A stretch of 62,251 nt of DNA from a virus (lineage: Duplodnaviria; Caudoviricetes), in IMG/VR virus record IMGVR_UViG_3300005662_000046, positions 1 through 62,251 of that record. One strand, given 5' to 3'. The position numbers and the translations under genes were made by a program. The notes beneath the pieces were generated by a model, which made no database searches, had not been told where the DNA came from, and was given only the letters and a program-made list of their open reading frames with translations. This document shows, piece after piece, positions 29,136 through 39,100 of the stretch. Position 1 is the first letter of the stretch, and every line of letters begins with the position of its first letter.

Positions 29136-29142
29136 TATAGTA
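29136..29142 (-). promoter_or_regulatory. TACTATA promoter-like motif
   Basis: Recurrent intergenic heptamer. Confidence 0.5.
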
Positions 29143-29146
29143 AAGT

Positions 29147-31372
29147 TTAATATTCACTTGTTGTTGAATTATTAGAGGATAATTCACCTGCTGATATATC
29201 AGAGTAATTTTCTGAGTTCTTAAACTTTAATTTAAAATAATCAATATTTGGAGAAGACAAAGGGTTTCTACCTCTAGCCATATCAGCCCTAAACCTTAAG
29301 GCTGTTACTGGATTTGGATTATTTGAGTAGAAGAACAATCTTGAGTTATTGCTGATATTGTCTCTACATAGTATTTCTTTATTTCCAAAGAAATTTTCTA
29401 TAGTAAAAACCTTGTCATAAACTGATCTATTACTTTTGAATTCTATTGGATCCACATATCCGTAGTACTGGCTATATACCAAACCATAATCTAGTAGCGA
29501 TTTAGAATCCATTAAACTAATAGAACCATTTGCACTATCTTTTATGTCTATAGCTACTTTCAGTGTATTGATACCCGCTTTGAAATTCCATTCAATTAAT
29601 TCTGAAGTTACACCAGATGGGACAGCTGACGGCCTACCATTTAGGTAGACTGCAACATCCCAGCTCTTTGAAACGCTATCATTCTTTACTAATAAATGCC
29701 TGATCGTAATGTCATTAGCGCAGAATATTTTTGTTTCTAATAAAACGCTAATTGATTTTAAGTTTGGCCCTGAAAAGAATATAGAATTATTAGAAATTTC
29801 ATAAGACGGTATAGAGAATATTTGTCTAACGCTTGATTTTCCAGACAATATATTTCCCCAAGTAGCCAAAGAATCATTTTCATTATAAATACTATTCTGA
29901 TAATTTATATAACTACCGGAAACTGAATTTATGCCGTCCAAAAGATAAGAGCTAACAGGATTATCCAATTGATCTAGTTTAGCTATTCTGTATATTGTTT
30001 GATTTGGATACAGATCAACTGTTGGATTTTGTTCGTTTAAATTTTTAGAAACAGTTTTTGAAACTAGAGGTATTTTCTTTAATGAGTTTGTAGAATTTTC
30101 TGCATCAATTAATATCTTTTTTGACTTTAAAGAAGAACCACTAAAGTTAACTGTTGTAGAAAAAGAATTTTGAACACTTTGTTCTGGAGAAATTGGAATC
30201 CAAGAAAAATCAGATATCGATTGAGCTGATTCATTATCTTCTGCTATAAAATAGTTAATAGAACCATCTTGTAAATTTTCTCCAACATCCACCGAAACAG
30301 CATCTATTACCAAGTTGCTGTTGTCGTTTGAATTTAATGATATTGGAGCAGAAACGAATGAGGCTGACTTATCATAATATTGACCACTAATTGAAATATC
30401 TCTAATTCCATATCTATAGCCGTATCTATTGGTTCTATTTTCTTCTATTAGATCTGGTTCCGTCTTAACAAAAAAGACATCTATTGATCCAACATTTCCT
30501 GGATCAAAGCTAAAAGAAAACCTATCATAATCTTTAGTAGATTTCTTACTCATGACTTCTGAAGTTTTATTAGCATCTGTATAGTTTACTTTTACATAAA
30601 TATCAGTTGGCGAAATAGTGTTTAGTCTTCCTTCTATTTTTGAAAGAATAACATTTCTTGCTATTGGTAAATTAATCGAAAAACTTACTAGACCTATCGT
30701 GTCAAAGTAAAATATATTTTGCCATTCAGTATTTTCCAAACCATCAAATACAGATCCAAAGAAAGAATCATCCGAAAACTTCTTGTTTAAATCTATTTGT
30801 GTCTTATTAAAGCTCAGAGAATATGTTGGAGCGCTTGCTACAATTGAGCTAGTTGATAATAGGTCAAACACTGAAGACTTTAATGTTGGTAGTGAAACTT
30901 TTCCATTAACCGTGTCCACAAAAGCTGAAGTGTAATTCAAATCTGACCCACTCGTTGATGCAAAGTTGTCGGAATATGCTGCGTAGTAACCCTCTGAGTT
31001 TTGATTAGCAAAAATTAAATCATCTACCCTGTTTTCTAGTGCCATTCTTTTAGATTTTAGATTATTTAATCTTTTATTTAAAGCAGTTGCTACGGTCATC
31101 AAATCGTCAGAATTTTCAAATATAGAATCATATAAGACTTCTATATTAAATAGAGTATGTAACATCTTTTGGTTAAACACTTCAACCTGACCAAATGCCA
31201 TCTGCCTAAACAGCTGAGCATTAATGTCTAGTGGTTCTCCTGGTTGATACCTGGAAAAATACTTAGAAAAAAACTCGAGTATCTCTTGCTCATTTGGTTT
31301 ATTGCCACCAGCATATAAGCTCTTATACAGAGTGCTTAAAAATTTTTCTTTTTGAATATTGCTTATTGTCAT
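29147..31372 (-). CDS. Putative baseplate/tail structural protein
   Basis: 741 aa; architecture similar to neighbours (helical N-terminus, then D.F...G.V.LP and W.PISP motifs). Confidence 0.6.
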   Translation of the reverse strand: MTISNIQKEKFLSTLYKSLYAGGNKPNEQEILEFFSKYFSRYQPGEPLDINAQLFRQMAFGQVEVFNQKMLHTLFNIEVLYDSIFENSDDLMTVATALNKRLNNLKSKRMALENRVDDLIFANQNSEGYYAAYSDNFASTSGSDLNYTSAFVDTVNGKVSLPTLKSSVFDLLSTSSIVASAPTYSLSFNKTQIDLNKKFSDDSFFGSVFDGLENTEWQNIFYFDTIGLVSFSINLPIARNVILSKIEGRLNTISPTDIYVKVNYTDANKTSEVMSKKSTKDYDRFSFSFDPGNVGSIDVFFVKTEPDLIEENRTNRYGYRYGIRDISISGQYYDKSASFVSAPISLNSNDNSNLVIDAVSVDVGENLQDGSINYFIAEDNESAQSISDFSWIPISPEQSVQNSFSTTVNFSGSSLKSKKILIDAENSTNSLKKIPLVSKTVSKNLNEQNPTVDLYPNQTIYRIAKLDQLDNPVSSYLLDGINSVSGSYINYQNSIYNENDSLATWGNILSGKSSVRQIFSIPSYEISNNSIFFSGPNLKSISVLLETKIFCANDITIRHLLVKNDSVSKSWDVAVYLNGRPSAVPSGVTSELIEWNFKAGINTLKVAIDIKDSANGSISLMDSKSLLDYGLVYSQYYGYVDPIEFKSNRSVYDKVFTIENFFGNKEILCRDNISNNSRLFFYSNNPNPVTALRFRADMARGRNPLSSPNIDYFKLKFKNSENYSDISAGELSSNNSTTSEY

Positions 31373-33526
31373 AATTGTTCAACTCTTCCGGCTATTTGAT
31401 ATGAGTAAATAACTGGCGTAGTGTTTTCATATCTTGGTTTTTCTATTTCAATCTTTATCCTTATCGATTTTGTATCGACTGGTACGTCAGGAAAGTTTAA
31501 ATATGAAACTCCCTTTATCTGACCAAAGCTTTCTACGTTTTCATTAAATGATAATATTTCTGGAACTCCATTAAATGGATTTTCTATTGGAGATATTTGT
31601 ATCCATTTTTTACCATCATCTACAGAAATGTAATATTTTATATAGCTTATATTTGAATTAGCATTTTGAAGGTTAAATGCAGTATCGGCAGATATCGTTA
31701 GGTTTTTTACGTTATAACCAAAGACAAATGGCTTAGATATTAACTGCGCTTTTTGCGCATAAACGCTGTAATTTACATCTATAGACCTAAGACCTATTGT
31801 AAATCTTTTTGCTGGATAAATTTCAAAATTTCTCTGAAGTAGGATCGACGCTGTTGAATACTTAGGCGATAAATCTGACTTTATTGTTTCTACTGTTAAG
31901 TCTTGAAAATTTGAACTAGACCATTCAGCGTTTGATATTTTTTGTTGTATGTATGTTTTTGCTGTTTCTGCTGAAACTAAGCTTTCATATTGAAAAGCTA
32001 AATTAATATCAGACACAGCTGCCAATTCCTGTTGTTTAGCTAAAGTCTGATAGGCTATTGCTGGGTTCACATAATAGTATTTTTGAAGTGATGGAGTTGC
32101 AGAAGAGTTTAATCTCTTAAATGTAACTACATACCTTTCTACTTTTAAAGATTCCTTATAGGTAACGTTAATTTTTTTTGTCACAAGACTAGACTGATCT
32201 TTTGATACATTAGGGCGCAAAATACTTGGAACTAAATCAGAGTAATTGAATTGCACATCTTGAAAACCAAGAGCATTAAACGATGCTGGATCGAATCTAC
32301 TCTGAGTGTTTAATGGGGTAAGGGAGCCAGTGTTTGAATATGGCTTCCAATACATATGCTGTATCGTTACATCCGAATAATCTGATTGTTCTAGGTGAAC
32401 AGTTATTTCAGATGTAACTATTTCGTTAAAATAAATTACAGCTTTATTGTAGTAATAATTTTTCTTAGATTCAATATTTTGAGGTATAAAATTAGAACCT
32501 ATATAAGCTGGAGAGCTTAATAGTTCAACAGTTTGGTTTGTTAATTTAGAAACCGCAGTTATAGAAGAAACTTTCAGTTCAGCATATGGTGAACCGGCTT
32601 TGCCCAAAATAAGGAATTATAGATATGGAATTTGTTTTCTTTGAGGAATCTGCTTTTAATTTTAGCGTTAGCTTAAGCGGTTCATTGAGAGGTTTTTCTG
32701 ACCAATTTTTGTAAATAGTATTTGTTTTTCCATCCGTTGAAACTTTAGAAGAATATGTAAACTCAAAATCCTTTGCTGCGTTTCTGTTCTTCTGAACTGG
32801 ATCTACATATATTCCTTCGTATTCAAAATAAGTCAAAGGGTTAGAATCGGTTACATTCTGTAAGAGACCAACGGAGTTGTTATCCTGAAAAAGATAACGG
32901 TAGTTTGAATCTACGTTTTCTTTTGCGTAGACCGTATGATTATTTCCAATGAATCCATTGGATTCACTTTCGTCAACTGAGATCGATCTAACACTCCATG
33001 AATTTGTATCAATCACTGGAAGCGACGCATTGCCATTTCTAACTGAGGCAATTAGATTTTTTGGTATTTTTTCTATATCTATAAAATCCATATTTTCAAA
33101 TGAGTCACCAAAGTAATATAAGTCTTCGCTAGGAGCTTCTGAATACGCTTGGAGTATTCTTACTTTTGATTTAATTCTATTAGCAAATTGATTTTCTTTT
33201 TCTATTTCAGAATTAAATAGATTATACAAAGAAACTAGTTGTGCACTCTGGTAGTCAAGCTGCTTGGCTATAATGTTTAAATCGTCTGCTACTTCTGAAA
33301 TAAACTTATTAAACTTTTCAGACGATGGTGGCTCACCCTTTATCACCTGATTATACTTTGCTATTGGATCAGTAGAGTATTTATTAATTTCAGTTATAAG
33401 TGCGTGGAATTCTTCTGACATATCTTCATATGAGCTAACAGTATTTTTGGTATATTTTCTTAAAAAGGCCTGAACCTTTTTTATCAGTTGATCATAGAAT
33501 ACTGTGTTTGTAGATAGTTGAGCCAT
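31369..33526 (-). CDS. Putative baseplate/tail structural protein; 718 aa after a +1 shift at CGGT 32593-32596
   Basis: IIPYFGQS-GSPYAELKV joins track ORFs 32579..33526 and 31369..32607; size then resembles the 741-aa neighbour. Confidence 0.75.
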
Positions 33527-33528
33527 TT

Positions 33529-36162
33529 TTATCCCAATCTTAAAAGATTATTTGCCATATGGTCAGAGTTTTTTGTTTTAAACTTAAGTATAACATTATC
33601 TACCGATCCAGATGAAAAATAATTATTAAAATTATTTCTTATAATTAATCTAAATCTTATCTGACTATTTAAGTAGTCATAAATAACATTAAATGGTTGA
33701 GTAATGGCTTTATTAAAGATAATATTCTTTCCGTTGTGAAAGAATAAAACTTCTTGAGTATCATAAAACTCACCCTTTTCAAAACTGCCCAACTTATAAT
33801 TGGTAAGATTTGTGGCATATGAACCATCGGAGAACTTTACGGCAACTGGGGTATAGCCAGTGTACTCTATGGTGTTAATAGTACCACCTCTTTGGCTATA
33901 GGAAGCCTTTTTAAGCTTATCATAGTTTATGTATGGTTGATTGACTAATTTAACACTATTATTTGATCCAGTTCTATCAAAATACTCACCGTTTTTATCA
34001 TTGGAATATGCTGATAAAGTTGGATTATTTACCAATAGCGTAGATATGTCTATATAATTCTGAGTAAAATTAGTGCTATCTGCCGTATAGCTAACTATGT
34101 AATTATTCTTTGGATCAAAAGAACTTATGTAAATTGATCTATTAAATTTATTTACAGTATATTGACTTTCTGGAATCAATTTTTGATTTGAATATAATTT
34201 TATAGAAGTTTCAACTGGAAAGAATCTTAAAGATGCGGTCTTGCTTATCTGATCAAAAAACAAAAACTCAGAATTAATTTCATTGCTATCATAAGAAATA
34301 ATTGGTATCCAATCGTTTTCTGAAATTGGATTTTCTTTTACTGAAATTGACAATTCATAAGAATTTGCTTCTTTAAGATCAAAATCTGGAAGAGCTTTAC
34401 TCTCGTTAACATCTTCTAAATTTAGCTTAGCTTTGACAGCTAATGGATTTCCGTCAATTGGAATTTTAGAACTTATAAAACAAGCTTTACTTGTTGATAA
34501 GGAGTTAGTTGAGTTTGCAATTTGTCTTGTCTTTCCAAATTGTATTCCCTTTAAGGAAAAAGAATACATATAGTTATCTACATTTTGATTTTTATTTCTT
34601 AGCATGTTTGTAGAGTGAATATTGGACCCTGACATAATCGCATTATCCTCAAAACTTATCAGGTTCTTATCTAATGAGTTTGAATTCTTACTAAGAACAC
34701 TTGGAGAGTTCCCAACCTTACTGAGGAATCCGCCTCTATTATTTATATTATTGTCCACAAATAATGAATCATTAAATAGTTTAAATCTGTCCCCCAACGT
34801 TTGAGATACTATATTTTTAACCATTATAGAAAGATGATTACTAGACGACAAACGATCTTCCTGATCCAGGGATACCGAGTTGTTATTCTCGTGCATAAAT
34901 AACTGGGAGTCAATCTTGCTAGTCGGGTATTTGTATGTGTAGTAATCGGTGTATGCGTACGAGTTTCTCTTAGCTTCATCTATCGAAGTAAACTTTCTAA
35001 AGTATTCTAGAACTATATCTTGTAGTTTGCTGTGAGAATTCTTTTTGCGTTGGCGTATACCGTTCAATAATTCGTGAATCAATCTTGACGATACTTCATC
35101 TGAAGTTGGTGAAGTGGTATTTTTCTTATAGGTACTTTGATTAAATATTAGCGTAATGCTTTTTACCTTATCTAAAGGAAAGCCTATGTCTAATACGGAA
35201 TTTATTTTTATTGGGGATAAGAGAAGTTTCTTTTTTTGATAACCAGAACTTGGAACATTAGAATTGCTTGAATAGATTCTTTCTGCTATATTGGCTGATT
35301 CCACAACCACCTGCATTAGTTGCAGCCCATCATATTCGTTTGGATTAATTCTAATTAAATCCATTTCAATCTCTTTTATGAAGTTTATCGTTACTACTGT
35401 TTTAGCACCGACTATGTATGAATAGTCATAATCTATATTTTGAGAAAAAGACGGTGGAATAGAAGTTAATATTGTTGGCGATTGAACTGATATATTCCAT
35501 ACGTTCGACTGCTTTTCATTAAACAAAGATTGATAATCTGTTATTGAAGAAATATATTGGTTATAATTTGTTTCATAATCTACTGATTTTATATAACCTA
35601 TTGTATTAATAAAATCAATCCCATTACCTATTTTAAACTTTGAAACAACTGGATCGATAAATCCATTTCCATTTTCATCGAAACTAGGTCCGCCTCTGTC
35701 TATAAATGGAACTGGAGAAACATCATATGTATTTGATTTTAAAAAGTCATCAAAATTTTCTATGTATGAATCGTTATAAAGATCGTCTTTACCTGAGATA
35801 AAATCATAATTATTAATATAGTTTTCTAGAAGAGAAATATTTTTTTCCACTTTAGCTACCTGGGATGACATGACTTCAATCATTGAATTTAACGATACGC
35901 TAATCGAATTAGATGCCGAAAAGTATCTATCAAATCTTATTTGCACATCTCTAAAAATGTCAACAAAAAATTCAGATTCTATAATTGCTCTAGATCTCAT
36001 TAGAGTAGGGGCAAAGTCTGCTCCTACTGAAAAATTAGAAAGACTCTTTACTAATTCTGAAACCTGAGATTTATCAGCTTTAATACTTTTAATTAAATAT
36101 CCAACACTTTGTTGTGAGTTATCAGAAAAAGTTTTAATTATACTAGGAAGAAAATTAATCAT
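33529..36162 (-). CDS. Putative virion structural protein
   Basis: Likely start MINFLP via a TAATG overlap at 36162. Confidence 0.6.
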   Translation of the reverse strand: MINFLPSIIKTFSDNSQQSVGYLIKSIKADKSQVSELVKSLSNFSVGADFAPTLMRSRAIIESEFFVDIFRDVQIRFDRYFSASNSISVSLNSMIEVMSSQVAKVEKNISLLENYINNYDFISGKDDLYNDSYIENFDDFLKSNTYDVSPVPFIDRGGPSFDENGNGFIDPVVSKFKIGNGIDFINTIGYIKSVDYETNYNQYISSITDYQSLFNEKQSNVWNISVQSPTILTSIPPSFSQNIDYDYSYIVGAKTVVTINFIKEIEMDLIRINPNEYDGLQLMQVVVESANIAERIYSSNSNVPSSGYQKKKLLLSPIKINSVLDIGFPLDKVKSITLIFNQSTYKKNTTSPTSDEVSSRLIHELLNGIRQRKKNSHSKLQDIVLEYFRKFTSIDEAKRNSYAYTDYYTYKYPTSKIDSQLFMHENNNSVSLDQEDRLSSSNHLSIMVKNIVSQTLGDRFKLFNDSLFVDNNINNRGGFLSKVGNSPSVLSKNSNSLDKNLISFEDNAIMSGSNIHSTNMLRNKNQNVDNYMYSFSLKGIQFGKTRQIANSTNSLSTSKACFISSKIPIDGNPLAVKAKLNLEDVNESKALPDFDLKEANSYELSISVKENPISENDWIPIISYDSNEINSEFLFFDQISKTASLRFFPVETSIKLYSNQKLIPESQYTVNKFNRSIYISSFDPKNNYIVSYTADSTNFTQNYIDISTLLVNNPTLSAYSNDKNGEYFDRTGSNNSVKLVNQPYINYDKLKKASYSQRGGTINTIEYTGYTPVAVKFSDGSYATNLTNYKLGSFEKGEFYDTQEVLFFHNGKNIIFNKAITQPFNVIYDYLNSQIRFRLIIRNNFNNYFSSGSVDNVILKFKTKNSDHMANNLLRLG

Positions 36163-39100
36163 TATAATACACCCCAATCATTTCCGTCCATATCCTGAAT
36201 CTTATAAGCTACACCTGCTGTTATATTCTTACTTATTATACTATACAATTCTGCTTCACTAGTAAAATTATCTAATACTTCTTTTGGCATCTTAATAATA
36301 ACGAAACCGCCCTTAGAATATGCTTGCTGTTCTGGAGGATAGACGTCCCAGAATGATGATGCTTCTTTTACTTCTTTGAATACCTTGTTTATATCAAGTG
36401 ATCCATATGATTGAACGTCTATGGTTTTACCCATAGTAGCCTTTAATCCTCCACCTTTTAGTCTTAGATCTTCAATGGCTAGATCCTTAATATCTACAGA
36501 ATTTAACACATGAACTAATCCTATTTGAAGGGAGAATGGATCATAGTTAACGCTATTGTATGGATCGAAAATGGCAGTATTGTAGGTAAAATCTATTGGA
36601 GAATCATATATATAGTCGCTGACATAATCCCAAACATAGCCATCTTTGCTAGAGCTTCTAACTTCTATTCTAGTAGGCTTTATGTATATGTGTAAAGGCT
36701 TTTCTGTTTCTACTGTATTTTTATTGAGGAAAGGATTTATTGGAATAATCCTTCCGTTTATTTGTTTTAATGGAATACCATTTGACTTAGCGGTGTAGCT
36801 TACTCTTATTAAATCTGGATTGCTTGTAATTGCAGTAATAAAGTCAACTACTCCGGTTTGGCAGTTTATATTTCTTATGAGATTTGAATCTACTGGAGTC
36901 CATTCTGAATCAATAGATTCTCTTGTTTCAAAATCAACCCAATTTACCACTGATCCAGATTCCATTATTGAAGGCTCAGAAAACGTAGCCACCGGAACTT
37001 GCGTTAACTGATATCTCTTAGATGATAATACTATTGGGGTTTCGTTTATTACCGTAATGTATGGTTTTCCAGCAACCTGAGACCAAATTACATTACTCAT
37101 ATTTAGAGTTGAGTATGTGGCCCTTAATACTTTTCCTGTATATTTTTCGGCCCACGAAGTCCAACCATAAGCTGGATTTATGTATATATCTTTAGTAAAG
37201 GATCCAGATGTTATATATAGTGGCCATTGCTGAAGCTTAGAAAGGTTTGGCGGGATAGAAGATATCCCAATTCTTGACGATGGAACATACTCAACATTGT
37301 ATATAGGACATGCCATTTTTACCGGTATAGAAGAAGGTACTATTTTACCAGTAGTCTTTGGCCCAAAGAAATCTGTTCCACTTCCAAGATTACCGTCTGC
37401 GTCGGTAGCTAGTGCGGCAATGTAGAGATTATCTGGCCCTCTTGATATGTAATCAATATAATATAAATTTGTTCCTAAGAATTCTTTTTTATTCTTATCA
37501 TAAAATCCATAGATAAGACCACCATTATCTCTAGAATTATTTATTAATATAAAAGAACCATAATCTATATTTATTTCTTGTCCGTCAGGCAAACCTTGAA
37601 CAAAAGACTGAAGGGTTATACCATATGGTTTACCAACTTTATCCGGATCTAAGCTTGGTTGAGTTAACAAAACTAAACCATCTAAAACGGAAATTGAATT
37701 TTTTGCAGACTTTATTATTGAACCGTCTGTTTTCATTAACCAATAATTATTTAAAAGTTTTTCACTACTCTTAATTGTATTTGAATTTTCATATATAAGA
37801 GATGATGTTTCAAAAACTAATCTATTAGAAGAAATGCTTAGATTTAAGTTAGAACTACTTACTGGATTTCCTGTTGAAGAAACAACGTTTGCGGTTGCAA
37901 AAGTATTTGAATCTATTGAAACAGTCTTTGCCTGTGTTAAGTTTATTGATATAGACTCATCCTTATATTGAGGTTCTAAATTAGAATCTGAGTAAGGAGT
38001 AAATGGAGGACTGTACGAAGTGCTACTAAAATTAATTGTAGTATTTGATAGGTCTAAAGTTTTTTCTCCAGACCACGTAGGGTAGGTTATTGAAACTGGA
38101 GTTGTTGCATACTTGGTTGACTTAACGCCATTTAGATCTATAACTTCAGCTTTATTCGGTGATATTCCATTAACCGATCCAGCTACATTAAACTTTATTT
38201 CTACTGGTGCAGTAATCGTATCTAACCTATAACCACTTTCAACTATTGTTTCAGCATTGAATTTATCTATCGTCCAGCCAATTTCAAATTCTACTTTAGC
38301 TAAAGAATAACCTTCAGCAAACGCTCCAAATTTTCCACCTAGTGAGCCACCGTTAAATTGAAAAGCAAAGAACATACACTCTGCCATGGGCTTGTTTACC
38401 TCAATCGTAAACGGACTTGTGGTGTAGTCTGCAGGACCTTTAACGTCTTGTCGGCCAGCCATATCTGGGCCAGAATAAACTCTGGCGGATTTAAGAGCTA
38501 TTCCCTTGTAGTTTGGTGCGCCAGCAAATGTTCCAGGATAAACTTTTACTGATTTAAGAACTTGGTTCTTTAAATCCTGTTGCGTTACTCCATTGAATGG
38601 AATTAAGTTAAATGGAACCGCTAAAAATATTGAATCTATTAACCTATTAGGACCAGATTCACCAGTAGATGTTACTTTTCTGTAATTCCAATCTCGATTA
38701 GGAAGATCAGATAATTCTATTGCATCTGCTGCTGCTGTAATGTATTTAATAACTGTTGGATTGCCTGTCTGCAATCTAGCTATTATTGAATTGTAGCGAG
38801 CTGGATCTGAATTTTTTATAGACTTCCAAATATTAATTGCAATTAATGCTTTAGTTTCACTATCGACTATTCCAGATTTTTTTCTTGCGTTGGTTGATGT
38901 TTGAAAAGCTAAAACAGCAGTTCTCGTATTTGCTTCAAACTTCCCACTTAATTCTGGAAGTTTTCCAGCAACCAGTATTCCAGCTTCTCTCATGCTTATC
39001 TGTATATACTTAATATACTCAACAAGCATTCCTGGTTTACCTACGCCGTATGCTCCAATTATATTTCCAGCTTGAATGTCTCCAGTGTATAAGAAGTTAT

